Part shown: positions 52,001 to 63,599 of the stretch, piece by piece | How positions within the stretch are numbered: position 1 is the stretch's first letter | Layout of the letters: each line of letters begins with the position of its first letter | From: Aplysia californica | Taxonomy: Eukaryota | Direction: 5' to 3' | Length of the DNA: 64,000 nucleotides | Assembly (NCBI RefSeq): GCF_000002075.1 | Contig: NW_004797313.1 | Coordinates: forward strand, 443,628 to 507,627 | Made by a program: the position numbers and the translations under genes | The notes under the pieces: generated by a model | Databases searched by the model: none | Told to the model about the DNA's origin: nothing | Seen by the model: the letters and a program-made list of their open reading frames with translations, nothing else

Positions 52001-55000
52001 GGGACACAAAGGCAGGGGATAACAGGGAAAAAATGATTACCTTACTGATCTGGTTAAATGCATCACTTTCAGCAATTGCTTGGCTTGACTTTGTGATAGT
52101 TTCTGCAGCTTTTGAGGCTGCTGAGCTGGTCATGTCAATGCCTTTCTTGACAAATTCCTTTTTCTGGGCTTCTTCAACTGTCTGAAATGAACAAAACACA
52201 CCATCATTTAACACTTGTAATAAACATCTAGAAAAAAAGGCAAGCACAAGCATTATAATTTCTGCCCTATTTTTTACCATCGTGGATATTTCAGGAACAG
52301 GATCCATGAGCGCTCACCATCAACAGGGGAGTGAGGTGTTGTTAGATAAATGCACTGAATTCTCATTTGGTTGAAATCAAATAATCTGTTCCTTTTGCTT
52401 CAAGTTGAAAGGAACCCCACTCCTGGGTTGTTTTATAACATCCCTGCCCGGAAATAAAGTCTGGTGTACAGCACATGAAGACAGAACTCTATAAGAGCAA
52501 AATTTTAAAGCTTTGTTTCTAAACAGTCAAACCAATGTTAACAGCCATGAAATCTCACATCTTATCTCTCAAAGTCTATTTATGAGATTTGTAAGTTACT
52601 ATTTCAGCAACAATAAATAAGAAAAAATACTGGGATGGCAGGACGGTTTTAAAATGGGTGGAGCAGATCAAGTTTTCAGGATAGCACATTTCAGAAAGCA
52701 TCGTAACCAACTAAAGCTTAGAATGTCCTTTTGTTTACTTTCTGCTTGATTAACTGCGACATTTTACAACTGCAAATGTATTTAAGACAATGTTATATAT
52801 CACATCACCTGTCAGGTGTCCAAAATCCATGACATTTTGTATGATTTTTTTCCCAATTACGGGAACAGCCAGATATTTATGAATTAGATCAAGATGTTGA
52901 GTCATAACTAAATCCCTCGGCATTTCAACATGTAAACAGACTTTTTTAAATGTAAAAACGCCAAGACCTTAGAGAACACAGAAAGAGAATAATAATGAAT
53001 TATGCACATAAATATCAGTTAAGCATAACTAAATTCCTGTTTCAAATATCCGTAACTAAATCCCTGTTTCAAAAAAAAAAAGAAGAAAAATGAGAAAATG
53101 TAAAGAGTATTATAAACGTTCAAAAGAGGAATTGCACATAAAGTCATCTATGATGATATGCCTTCAAAACTGAATGATGGCCTTTAGCTCACCTCTGAGA
53201 CCTTTCCTTTGATGTCATCAAGGGTCTTTTTGATGGCTGTAGAACTTTTCAGAGTCTCTTCCTCTATACTTTCCTTGAGGGAAAAAGCAAAACAAAGATA
53301 CCATAGACTATTCAGACATAATGGAACGCCCATTGTTAAATCATTAAAACAATTCCATTTTTACCTCCCTGTTTATGAGCTAATACAATCATGTCTCACT
53401 CAAGTCATTTCAATAAGATATGTGAAACAGAATGAACACAACTGTAGAGACCTTTCATTTTTCTTAATTAAACAATAATGACAAAAGTACCATAAGCGGC
53501 TGCTACTTCTCACAAAATTGTCAATAAGCAAAATAACAATCAAAACTTTGATTCAATTAAGCTGACATTCTGCTATTCAACCACTTAAAACCTCTAAGAT
53601 GTCAAAATTATTCTCAAGTCAAGGAACCTATAAATAATAATTTATGTCACTTTACTTGTAGGCAACCATGATGCTACCTCAGAATTACAAAAGTTCTATC
53701 TGCGCAGAACCTAGTTTTAAGAAATTTGACGTCAAAGATTTTGAGTTTCACATCATGTCAAGCTTTTACGCATACGATTCTTAAAATATCTTGATAATGA
53801 CTCTTACGATTTTGATAGAACAGGTAGACCATTTGGTTTCTCACCTCATGGTTCAGTAACTCAAAACGACCAAAAATGTCAGATAGAACTTTGTTATTCT
53901 GAGGTAGCGATAAGAGGTTCAATAAAGTTGGCAGTGTGCACAAACCCAACACGACTTTAATAAATAAATAAAAATAATCATATGACTGCAAAAATATCAA
54001 TATCAGTATGGGACGGCCAACACCTAGTAAAAACACTAAAAACAAAGTTATCTACAGCTTAAAACATAATCACATTTTGATTCACTATTTGTTTACAGTC
54101 AAAACAAAAAATTTACACACCACAAAACAAACATGCTTCACTTACAAATTTTTTCCTTGCTTGTTTTAAAGCATCAGATTCTTCCAGTTTCTGTGTTTCC
54201 TCTTTGAATTTTTCTATACTCTCCTGATATCAAACAAAAAAAAAGAAGATGTTAAAGACAGAGTACGCAGTAAAAAAGGTACGTTTCAATGATATTCAGT
54301 GTTTTACACCCACATGCACACATTTAGGAGACATGCTTCTGACCCTGCCTGTCAGAGCCAACCCGGGCTGAGAGTGATACAACAACCCAGGAGAGAGACC
54401 GAGATACTCATGAAAATTTTCTCCTCATTCGGGAATCGATCTCGGGTCTCTTGCAAACGACGGCAAAGTAGCACAGATGGCGGCTAGACTTCACTTCAGA
54501 AAAAGGTAATGACTATCTAACACTAAGTTCAAATATATTTTTAAAAGTCAGAGACCCAAACCTGAAGACAAGCCCTCATAATTCACACTCTTGCTCATTA
54601 ACATACATACATGCATACCGGCAGACTCATACATATATATATACTGTATCTAGATATATATCAATACAGTCAGATGAATTGAGAGCTGAACAATACAAAG
54701 AACATAGAAATAGAAAAAAATCCCTCCTTGGCTTGTAAATAATGAACATTTAATTTCGAACATTTATTAAGAAAAGAGGTATAGACTGTTGTAAAAGGCA
54801 GCCACAATGAAAAAAGCTGTCAACACCACCAAAACAACGATTTATTTCTGTTTAAAAGATTGGAAAAAATAAATTGACAATACCTTCATTTCCTTGCTCT
54901 TTTTCATGTCCTGTCTGATGTTATCAATGACTGTCTGGAAGAAGTTCTTGTTTGACATATGACGTTGCTGAAAAACAAACGACAAGCATTCATGAGAATA

Positions 55001-58000
55001 AATAATCAAGAAAATTTAATGTCTCAACACCGTACCTTCATCCTTCAACGCCACCATAAGTTTCCTTTCTTAAAACAAAAGCTCAAACGAAATGTTAGAG
55101 GAAGCAGAAACATTTTTAAATGTTCTTACCAAACCTACATGGACAAACACTGGACATAAATCAAAGCTTAGAACACATTTAAAAATAACATCTGCCACAA
55201 TACAGAATCATGAACATTGGCTGTGCAACTCTAATAAAAGGTAAAAAGTTACCGTAAAAACTCAATACTTTACATGGTAAGAGCTATTGAAGCATTGTAT
55301 GAAAAACAATATCCCTCCTTCAACCTCCACATAGATTGACAAATTGTGCCTTAATAATTACGAGTACAGTTAATCCCTACTTTAAAAGTAATTAACAGTT
55401 GAGTTTGAGCATAAAGACTTGATTTCATTAACATGTTTTGTAGAATATGTTATAACCTCTATAAAAACCTCATTAAATTTTGTAGAAGTCACACAAACAA
55501 ACAACAAGTAAAAGATGTTGGTAGCAAAACAAGACAAGTCAATTTCGGACATAATCCAAGCCTCTGAATCTGAGCAAATAAAGTTACATGCCTGTACATT
55601 CTTTGGGAAATCAGTTTAAGAACAAAAAAACAAAAAAAAACTCCCACAAATTCAGGCCTACTTTAACTAGTGTTGCAAGAGTTCAATAACTTAAAAAAAA
55701 AAACCTCGCTTGAATCTTAATTCTATTCCTAAAAAAGTGTCCTAAAATGCAAACAACAACTGTAAACTATGTCATGTGAAATGAAAACTCCCCATAATCT
55801 AAGTTCACTTATTGAAAAACAGATGATGAGTTTTAAACTAATGAAAGGGAAAGAAAATTAGATTAACCAGAAAAGGAGTTAAGATTGCAAATGACGAAAC
55901 CTTTCTTTTTGATAACAAAAAAGAAAACATATCAGTGACATAAAAGACTTACCTGACATATCCTGAAATCAAGCTGTCCATTGTTCACCCCAATTTGCTG
56001 TTGAACACAGACTTTCCTAACTGTAGGTCCTGCTTCTGTGATGATTGACCGCTGGCCAAACAATTGACAGGGGAGGGAAACCTAATTCATGTAAAAAAGA
56101 GGGACTTAAATTTTGACCAAAAAGAGATAAGATACAATTGGACAGAAGTGGAGACTTCAGCAGATGAAAGAAGTAGATGGTGAGCTTTTGTTGGTGCCCT
56201 ATCAGAGTGTGAGAAAGGCTGATGATGATGATGATGAACACACCCCTTCCTGTCATCAGTTTATTCTTTCATTACACTGCTTGTATCAAGAAGTCTTCAA
56301 AAATGTTTTCTGCCAAAAACTAGTTAGCTGAGTTCACAGGCTAGAACAACCATTAATCCTGCTAAAATAAGACAATAAAATTCAAAAGAACTGTGAATCA
56401 TAATGGCAGCTGGTTAATTTCTCGTAACAAGTTTGGCCACATGAAAAAGTGTCATTGGTACGGTGAGCTGTGACGTAGGCCATAAGTAATAAGTGAAAGT
56501 GCATTTGAAAAATGTGTGCGAGAACCGGGAAGTGCTGTGAAGAAAAGTTTTTTAAACCAGATCTAGCCTAAATAAATTGTTATGGAAAAATATGACTAAG
56601 TTTAAAAGCCAAATATATAAAGCTGCAGCGAGCACCTAGCACACCTCTTTGATTGGCCCAAATATAGATGACGTATTTCTGCCATCTATTTTTGTCATCT
56701 TCCAAGGCTTCCCTCACCAGCTGACAAGATCTCACCACCGTGGCGGGCCCGCTTTGCCACTAAGCGTGCAATGGGCTTCGTCACTACATCTCTAAGGTNN
56801 NNNNNNNNNNNNNNNNNNNNNNNNNNNNNNNNNNNNNNNNNNNNNNNNNNNNNNNNNNNNNNNNNNNNNNNNNNNNNNNNNNNNNNNNNNNNNNNNNNTT
56901 TTTTTTTTTTTTGTAAAGTGTTTTACGGCGCTCGCAACTGCATAGGTCATATGAGCGCGCGGGACACACCTAATATTTTCAGTTGGTAGGAAATTTTGAA
57001 TTTTGCCCGGGTGGCGGCCGAAGCCTACTCTTATCGATTTTAGACCACCAAGGGATCTTTAACGTGCGCAACTTGCACACGGGCCCTCCGAGATTTTTCG
57101 CCCTTGTCCGAGAAGGCTAGGTGTAGATCTTTCCCACCAGAAGATCAGGGGTGTGGCAGAAAGACAGCAGTAAAGAGGAGCCAAGGAGTAGCAGTAGAAA
57201 GGCTGCAGAAAGAGTCAAGAGCCCAGAGGAGGGGCAAAGGGGGTGCGGGGGTGGGGGCAGAAAGTGGAATTGAAAGCAGACGACAGAACATTGCTAGAGA
57301 GCAGGAAAGGAGGTGAAAGGAGACAATTTTAGAGAAGAAAATATTTCGGTCGCTACCCGGATTCGAACCCGGGACCTTTGAATGAGAGGCCAACACCTTA
57401 ACCTCTAGGCCACGAGAGCCCCCATCCCTACTTTAAAAGTAATTAACAGTTGAGTTTGAGCATAAAGACTTGATTTCATTAACATGTTTTGTAGAATATG
57501 TTATAACCTCTATAAAAACCTCATTAAATTTTGTAGAAGTCACACAAACAAACAACAAGTAAAAGATGTTGGTAGCAAAACAAGACAAGTCAATTTCGGA
57601 CATAATCCAAGCCTCTGAATCTGAGCAAATAAAGTTACATGCCTGTACATTCTTTGGGAAATCAGTTTAAGAACCTAAAAAAAATTTATTTTATTTATTT
57701 TTTTTTAAAACCTCCAACAAATTCAGGCCTACTTTAACTTGTGTTGCAAGAGTTCAATAACTTTAAAAAAAAACCTCGCTTGAATCTTAATTCTATTCCT
57801 AAAAAAGTGTCCTAAAATGCAAACAACAACTGTAAACTATGTCGTGTGAAATGAAAACTCCCCATAATCTAAGTTCACTTATTGAAAAACAGATGATGAG
57901 TTTTAAACTAATGAAAGGGAAAGAAAATTAGATTAACCAGAAAAGGAGTTAAGATTGCAAATGACTAAACCTTTCTTTTTGATAACAAAAAAGAAAACAT

Positions 58001-60032
58001 ATCAGTGACATAAAAGACTTACCTGACATATCCTGAAATCAAGCTGTCCATTGTTCACCCCAATTTGCTGTTGAACACAGACTTTCCTAACTGTAGGTCC
58101 TGCTTCTGTGATGATTGACCGCTGGCCAAACAATTGACAGGGGAGGGAAACCTAATTCATGTAAAAAAGAGGGACTTAAATTTTGACCAAAAAGAGATAA
58201 GAAACAATTGGACAGAAGTGGAGACTTCAGCAGATGAAAGAAGTAGATGGTGAGCTCTTGTTGGTGCCCTATCAGAGTGTGAGAAAGGCTGATGATGATG
58301 ATGATGAACACACCCCTTCCTGTCATCAGTTTATTCTTTCATTACACTGCTTGTATCAAGAAGTCTTCAAAAATGTTTTCTGCCAAAAACTAGTTAGCTG
58401 AGTTCACAGGCTAGAACAACCATTAATCCTGCTAAAATAAGACAATAAAATTCAAAAGAACTGTGAATCATAATGGCAGCCTAGGCTCACAGCTGGTTAA
58501 TTTCTCGTAACAAGTTTGGCCACATGAATGACGTAGGCCATAAGTAATAAGTGAAAGTGCATTTGAAAAATGTGTGCGAGAACCGGGAAGTGCTGTGAAC
58601 CGGGAAGTGCTGTGAAGAAAAGTTTTTTAAACCAGATCTAGCCTAAATAAATTGCTAAGTTTAAAAGCCAAATATATAAAGCTGCAGCGAGCACCTAGCA
58701 CACCTCTTTGATTGGCCCAAATATAGATGACGTATTTCTGCCATCTATTTTTGTCATCTTCCAAGGCTTCCCTCACCAGCTGACAAGATCTCACCACCGT
58801 GGCGGGCCCGCTTTGCCACTAAGCGTGCAATGGGCTTCGTCACTACATCTCTAAGGTATCNNNNNNNNNNNNNNNNNNNNNNNNNNNNNNNNNNNNNNNN
58901 NNNNNNNNNNNNNNNNNNNNNNNNNNNNNNNNNNNNNNNNNNNNNNNNNNNNNNNNNNNNNNNNNNNNNNNNNNNNNNNNNNNNNNNNNNNNNNNNNNNN
59001 NNNNNNNNNNNNNNNNNNNNNNNNNNNNNNNNNNNNNNNNNNNNNNNNNNNNNNNNNNNNNNNNNNNNNNNNNNNNNNNNNNNNNNNNNNNNNNNNNNNN
59101 NNNNNNNNNNAAATTTATGGTACGAGAATTGCTGAGATTGTTTATAAAAGATTTATATATAACACAAATTAATTTTTTTTTTAAACAAAAAAACACAGTG
59201 AGATCTTGTCAACAGTTTTACTGACAAGTCGTGGCAAGGGAAACCCAAGAGTCTTGAGGGAAACCCCTGAAGACGACAAAAATAGACGACGTAAGTATGT
59301 CATCTATATTTGGGCCAATCACAGAGGTGTGCAAGGTGCTCGCTGCAGCTTCGTCCAGTGTAAGACAAATTTATACAAACTGCTATGCAAAGAAGAAGCC
59401 TGATATGGCCCATGGGACTCGTGGGTGACATTGGTTTACCTAGAAGATAAATCTCATAGTCAGACTACAGAAGTCTAGTATAGTATAGGTATAGGCCTAG
59501 ATCTTGATCTAGATTCTTATATATAATAATAGTCATAGTCACAGTTTCCTACAGTGTAGTGTGTAGGGTAGGCGTAGGCCTGCAGTAGTCAGTGTCAGTA
59601 GACAGTAGTGAGTAGTGACAAGCCTACCCTACAACAGGATTCAGTGCAACACCACTAGAAAAAAAATGTCTGGTTTACCGCAGTCTATTATAATTCAAGG
59701 TCATTTTGGCTGGAACAATTTGGAAAGCTTCACTCCCATATATTGAAGGGGCACCTTTGAACCTTAACTTAGGCTGTTTCATCATTTTGACCCAGCTGAT
59801 ACTTGTGCGAAAGTGAAAGAGAAAGTGGGTTTGTCCTTGACTGACACACATGCACCAACACAACTACTGAGACAATACAAAGTTGGAAAAACGAATTGAA
59901 AAAAAGCATCATATGCTGTGAGAAATGCTTTTCATGTGGAAGTACTATATAAACACCAGTTTTAAAGCAAATTACCTTGGATTGTTGACAAGTTCTGCCC
60001 ACCATGCCGGTGAGCCGACTGATGGAAGCCAT
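39916..60032 (-). CDS. TIMM44: Mitochondrial import inner membrane translocase subunit TIM44, 15 exons, 460 aa (gene span)
   Basis: Phase-consistent GT-AG exons total 1383 nt (one copy of exon 2). Motifs: N-terminal presequence-like segment, KEMKESIEKF, LHKDSKFYQSWQNFKDNN, FSKTEMSEVLTEICKIDPNFD, IIPNVLEA, GKIMEQGPVLVISFNAQQI, VWALCRDQEELDPTAAWKLLDIS. Confidence 0.95.
40165..40700. mobile_element. Possible MITE (piggyBac-like left end TTAACCC)
   Basis: GTACCTGATAGTCATGAAAATG is an inverted match to CATTTTCATGACGCACCAGGTAC; right terminus degenerate. Confidence 0.45.
41405..43770. mobile_element. About 2.4-kb non-autonomous DNA transposon in the last TIMM44 intron
   Basis: Termini GTAGGTACCGCAGGCG / CGCTTGTGGTACCTAC (14/16 inverted match); CpG-richer than flanks; no transposase ORF. 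Confidence 0.5.
43904..44014 (-). CDS. TIMM44: TIMM44 exon 14 (VVAGKIMEQGPVLVI...VEGDP)
   Basis: 111 nt. Confidence 0.93.
44615..44704 (-). CDS. TIMM44: TIMM44 exon 13 (PYNTLAHPI...SKVLDITQVD)
   Basis: 90 nt. Confidence 0.92.
45076..45600 (+). mobile_element. Full-length tRNA-derived SINE with Deu/Nin-like central domain
   Basis: A and B boxes (GGTTCGAATCC); TCGGACAAG..TTAAAGATCCC..TAAGAGTAGG..GGCAAAATTC resembles the Deu/Nin domain as recalled; TSD AT(A/G)AGCCCAT. Confidence 0.85.
45790..45960 (-). mobile_element. Decayed family X copy
   Basis: TTTTAGTAAAAGTTTTACAGCATTTGCAACACAAG...AAGATTAGA matches 46341-46523. Confidence 0.6.
46341..46523 (-). mobile_element. About 183-bp headless short retroposon (family X)
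   Basis: Same ends; 12-bp TSD AAATAGGTATTC (46329-46340, 46524-46535). Confidence 0.82.
46582..46632 (-). CDS. TIMM44: TIMM44 exon 12 (AMIRGDLDVLKDWCFEA)
   Basis: 51 nt. Confidence 0.92.
46798..47599. mobile_element. Tigger/pogo-like MITE
   Basis: TA|CAGTGGAATCATGTTATAACGAG...CTCATTATAAGTGGACTCCACTG|TA. Confidence 0.78.
47801..47925 (-). CDS. TIMM44: TIMM44 exon 11 (GMFSKTEMSEVL...IIPNVLE)
   Basis: 125 nt, phase 1/0. Confidence 0.93.
48674..49427. mobile_element. Tigger/pogo-like MITE with internal AAGCACG repeats
   Basis: TA|CAGTCCGTGCCGGCTTTAAGCACG...CGTGCTTAAAGCCGGCATGGACTG|TA (23/24 TIR). Confidence 0.9.
49509..49601 (-). CDS. TIMM44: TIMM44 exon 10 (KLFDLKVKFDESDN...TDKVG)
   Basis: 93 nt, phase 1/1. 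Confidence 0.92.
50024..50109 (-). CDS. TIMM44: TIMM44 exon 9 (GMVLHKDSKFYQSWQNFKDNN)
   Basis: 86 nt, phase 2/1. Confidence 0.93.
50602..50668 (-). CDS. TIMM44: TIMM44 exon 8 (EKLRKRSD...VEADE)
   Basis: 67 nt, phase 1/2. Confidence 0.9.
51397..51466 (-). CDS. TIMM44: TIMM44 exon 7 (GVKAAKEEFD...YKAP)
   Basis: 70 nt, phase 0/1. Confidence 0.9.
52041..52181 (-). CDS. TIMM44: TIMM44 exon 6 (TVEEAQKKEF...QISK)
   Basis: 141 nt. Confidence 0.9.
53193..53273 (-). CDS. TIMM44: TIMM44 exon 5 (ESIEEETLK...KVSE)
   Basis: 81 nt. Confidence 0.9.
54146..54223 (-). CDS. TIMM44: TIMM44 exon 4 (ESIEKFKEE...ARKKF)
   Basis: 78 nt. Confidence 0.9.
54330..54487 (-). mobile_element. Third SINE family (degenerate tRNA head); related fragment at 32462-32550 (+)
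   Basis: B-box-like GATCGATTCCC; CTCTCAGCCCGGG...CAGGGTCAGAAGC shared with about 32505-32546. Confidence 0.55.
54884..54967 (-). CDS. TIMM44: TIMM44 exon 3 (QRHMSNKNFFQTVIDNIRQ...KEMK)
   Basis: 84 nt. Confidence 0.9.
55953..56081 (-). CDS. TIMM44: TIMM44 exon 2, copy A
   Basis: 129 nt, phase 0/0, inside the duplicated block. Confidence 0.6.
56899..57423 (-). mobile_element. Second, near-identical copy of the Deu/Nin-like SINE
   Basis: Reverse complement of 45076-45600 with few substitutions; A-rich tail runs into the gap. Confidence 0.88.
58023..58151 (-). CDS. TIMM44: TIMM44 exon 2, copy B (VSLPCQLFGQR...DFRICQ)
   Basis: 129 nt, phase 0/0, GTAAGT donor; appears identical to 55953-56081. 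Confidence 0.6.
58679..59351. mobile_element. MITE with long TIRs spanning gap 58861-59110 (left arm also at 56619 in the duplicated block)
   Basis: AAGCTGCAGCGAGCACCTAGCACACCTCT..GATTGGCCCAAATATAGATGAC is inverted at about 59297-59351. Confidence 0.75.
59976..60032 (-). CDS. TIMM44: TIMM44 exon 1 (MASISRLTGMVGRTCQQSK)
   Basis: AACATGG Kozak context, GTAATT donor, presequence-like composition with no acidic residues. Confidence 0.7.
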
Positions 60033-61483
60033 GTTGTTGTAGTTTTAATTCAGGATGCCAGAGAAGACCAGACAAAACTGCCATCGACATAATAGATCTA
60101 ATTTTTTAAAATATAAATTAAATGGACTGAAATTAGAAAAAATACGTCAATAGTTTAAATTCAGAGGGTTATTACCATTGTAACCGAGACCGTTGGATTT
60201 TTCTAGACATACAACGAAAACAATTGAAAGTGGTCTGAAGTTATTAAATTTTGTAGACGAAAGAACAAACTATGGTCACAGCATGACCACTTTGCCACTT
60301 TCTCCTAAGTACCCACATGGGTAAGGTGTGGCTGTACTTTAGTTGCACTAGAAAATAATAAGCATTTTTTAAACTGAATATTTTGATCTAGACTACCAGG
60401 GCCCTGGGTTTCTCCTTCCATAAATTAAATGTACGATCTCTGAGATCGTTTAACATTATGAAGCAACAGTTTTATTATCCGCCAAATATAGTGAGAATAA
60501 ATACTATCTTGGCATAACAGGAGCAATCACCTCAGAGGTCAGAGGACACTTCGTATCTAAATGGAGTCACAGTTTACCTTTGCGTAATGCGGAAAATTCT
60601 ATTATACACTTAGGAGGCCAACAGAACGATAAGCGCCTGAGTCTAGACGGTCAGAGAACGTATAGGCCTGAGGCCTGAGTGTCATCCCAAAATGGTTGAA
60701 GATTTGGAACAGAAGCAATGACAACAGCATAACAATTACTATATATAACATACATGTATTATAACCTCGTCATCAATGTTGAAAAGACGAAAATAGAGTA
60801 AGGATTTGATCCTTTGAAAGTTTTCAAGCAGTTTAAGTTTAATGAATAAAATAATAATTGGTACAATAAATAATATAGCAGTTAAAACGACTCGATGTTT
60901 CACCTCGCAACATGACATCTTATCGTCATTATATCATCATGCTATATACATTTATGTAGCCTCTCATAATTATGTGCGTTGTGGCGTGCATGCATACAAG
61001 CGTACATGACGTACGTGCGCGCGAGTTCTTACGTGCATGCTTGCGTGTGTGCGTGCGTGAGCAAGCAATTAAATGCGGGTACCCTTTCATAGCTCGTGCT
61101 CCTGAAAGAAAAAAAAACACCTGCCTCACTCCCAAATTAACCCGATACAGTATCCCCCCCCTCCCGTAAATTCCATTTCCCCTGCCTCGCCTCTATCGCG
61201 GCCAACACCACACCTTCCTTTAACGTATAACCTCTAATAAGCCTAGATCAATTTAAGGCGCTAAACTATATATTTACCACTCGGCCTAGATCTTATAACA
61301 TTACCCCAATCACCATCCTGTGAAAGCCCTATAAAGACAGACAACATAGATCTAAATGTATTTTGATAGTAAAACGGCTCTAATTTGCCATCCAGCTTCC
61401 TCTGGGTCATAATCATCATTATCACTATCATCACGCACACACGTACACACAACTCAAAACATAATGTGTTGTGTTGTATGCAC

Positions 61484-61522
61484 GTGCGTGTGTGTGTGTG
61501 TGTGTCAGTGTGTGTGTGAGTG
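61484..61522. repeat. (TG)n microsatellite
   Basis: Direct inspection. Confidence 0.85.
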
Positions 61523-62130
61523 TTATAGCGGCATATGTTTGCTAATATAGCCCTCCTATATTATCTGTGACCCTGGATCTGCATTTAACTGCCCCATTCA
61601 GCAGGCTGATTGATTGAGTAGCCTACCTCAATATTGTGGCCCAACTTAGTTTTAAAGGGAACATCNNNNNNNNNNNNNNNNNNNNNNNNNNNNNNNNNNN
61701 NNNNNNNNNNNNNNNNNNNNNNNNNNNNNNNNNNNNNNNNNNNNNNNNNNNNNNNNNNNNNNNNNNNNNNNNNNNNNNNNNNNNNNNNNNNNNTGAACTT
61801 TTTCACGGTGGCAGTCTATGCGCAAGAGGAAGTACATAATGTGATGCCTGAGGAATTGAAACTAAAACATGGCGGCCAGTTGAGGGCACCTTTGGCTGCG
61901 NNNNNNNNNNNNNNNNNNNNNNNNNNNNNNNNNNNNNNNNNNNNNNNNNNNNNNNNNNNNNNNNNNNNNNNNNNNNNNNNNNNNNNNNNNNNNNNNNNNN
62001 NNNNNNNNNNNNNNNNNNNNNNNNNNNNNNNNNNNNNNNNNNNNNNNNNNNNNNNNNNNNNNNNNNNNNNNNNNNNNNNNNNNNNNNNNNNNNNNNNNNN
62101 NNNNNNNNNNNNNNNNNNNNNNNNNNNNNN

Positions 62131-63434
62131 ACAAACCATTCCCTTCTGAGGTCCCAACCGAAGGTAGCCACACTGTTGTTGTTATTGCAGTTTTTGTTGG
62201 TTTGTTTTTGGTTAGCTTTTTCTTATTTTGTTGCTGAACTTGTGCAAAGGTGGCAATAAAAAAACGAAATGTGTCAGACTAGGAAGACCGAGTAGGCCAA
62301 CCAGTTTATCGGGTTAAAACAAACACTTGGGTCGCTACCACTCGAAGAACGAGCGACGCTTCCGTCGCAAGTTCATGTTGACGTCCGTTGTTACTTTGTT
62401 ACAAACTGGGTAAACAGTGACCACTCATTTCACTTACGATTTGTTTATGAGTTGTGGGCGTGGCTTATAGGTTATGAGGGGTCACACGCTTACTTCACTA
62501 ACAGCTGAAAATGTATTGTTACCTATAAATATTTGTCAACGGTGGGAGGGGCCTACGCAACATGATAGATTGGAGTTGGGGGGACTACCTACGGCAGGTA
62601 ATTATGACGACTCTTCCACAACGTCAGGGGCCAATACATAATTTATGACAAAACGTCGGGCGATGACAGAGGTGACCGTCTAAGACAGGTATTATCGTTT
62701 GGTGTGATCGGGGTTGTGTGACAAAATATTATGGTGGCCGCGGCCGCGTGGACAGGTGACTGTTTTACACAGTAAAACTTTACAGAAAAAAAACGCAAGG
62801 GTGGAAATAAAGGCTTCCTCAGCCTAGGTGGAAATGGAAAGTGGCCTGTTGTACAACAGGACGGTCGGACCTGCCATGACGGCCACCTGTATTATACGGC
62901 CGTCATAAACCAATCATCTGTCGTTGTTGTTAGATAGTCTCTCCAAGCGATCATGTTGCGTAGGCCCCTCCCACTGTTGACCAATAAAGTTAACAATACA
63001 TTTTCAGCTGCTGGTGAGATAAGCGTGTGTTCACCCATAGCTCACAAGCCTGGCCCACAACTCCTCCACAAATTAAGTGAGAGGAGTGATAACTGTTTAC
63101 CCCTCTGAAACAAAGTAACAATGGTTGTCAGTACAGAAACGTCGCTCGTTCTCTGAGCGGAAGCGACCCACGTGTTCGTTTTAACATTGCAGTCGGTCTT
63201 CCTCGTCTGACATATTTCGTTTTATTGTCACCCTTGCACAAAATGAGCAACAAAATAATTTTTAAAAAGCTAACCAAACAACAACAACAACAATGCGACT
63301 ACCTTCGGTTGGGATCTCAGAAGGAAATAGTTTTCTTTCTTCATTTTGATCAATCCTGCCTAAGACGGATACCTGTCTTATACGGCCATTTATTTCTCCT
63401 TGACAATGGGTGACCGTCTTACACAGGTTCGACT
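62131..63434. mobile_element. Two diverged Tigger-like MITE copies in inverted orientation (about 62131-62763 and 62862-63434)
   Basis: Block-by-block reverse-complement similarity, e.g. GGGAGGGGCCTACGCAACATGAT vs ATCATGTTGCGTAGGCCCCTCCC; terminus CAGTCGAACCTG (minus) at 63434. Confidence 0.75.
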
Positions 63435-63599
63435 GTGTGTATATACATGTATAATATATATAAATATATATATACATTTTTTTTTTAAATTATAGTTTTT
63501 TATATTAAAATTTATTTTTTAAAATATAGATATCTAGATCTAGATCTAAATTTTTTTTCAAAATTATTTTTTTTATTTCTTAAAAAAGTTGTAGATCTA

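Larger units (their letters stand above)
55373..58857. repeat. 1.4-kb direct duplication (55373-56798 and 57424-58857) containing TIMM44 exon 2
   Basis: Near-identical with SNPs and small indels; both copies end at N gaps. Confidence 0.9.

Noticed and set aside
56017-56256. 79-aa ORF MTGRGVFIIII... duplicated at 58087-58326
   Set aside because: Wrong-frame overlap with TIMM44 exon 2 and intron; repeated only because the block is duplicated.
59678-59863. 62-aa minus-strand ORF in TIMM44 intron 1 with AG/GT-like edges
   Set aside because: It would end in phase 2, incompatible with phase-0 exon 2. Exon 1 joins exon 2 directly and gives a normal-length TIM44.
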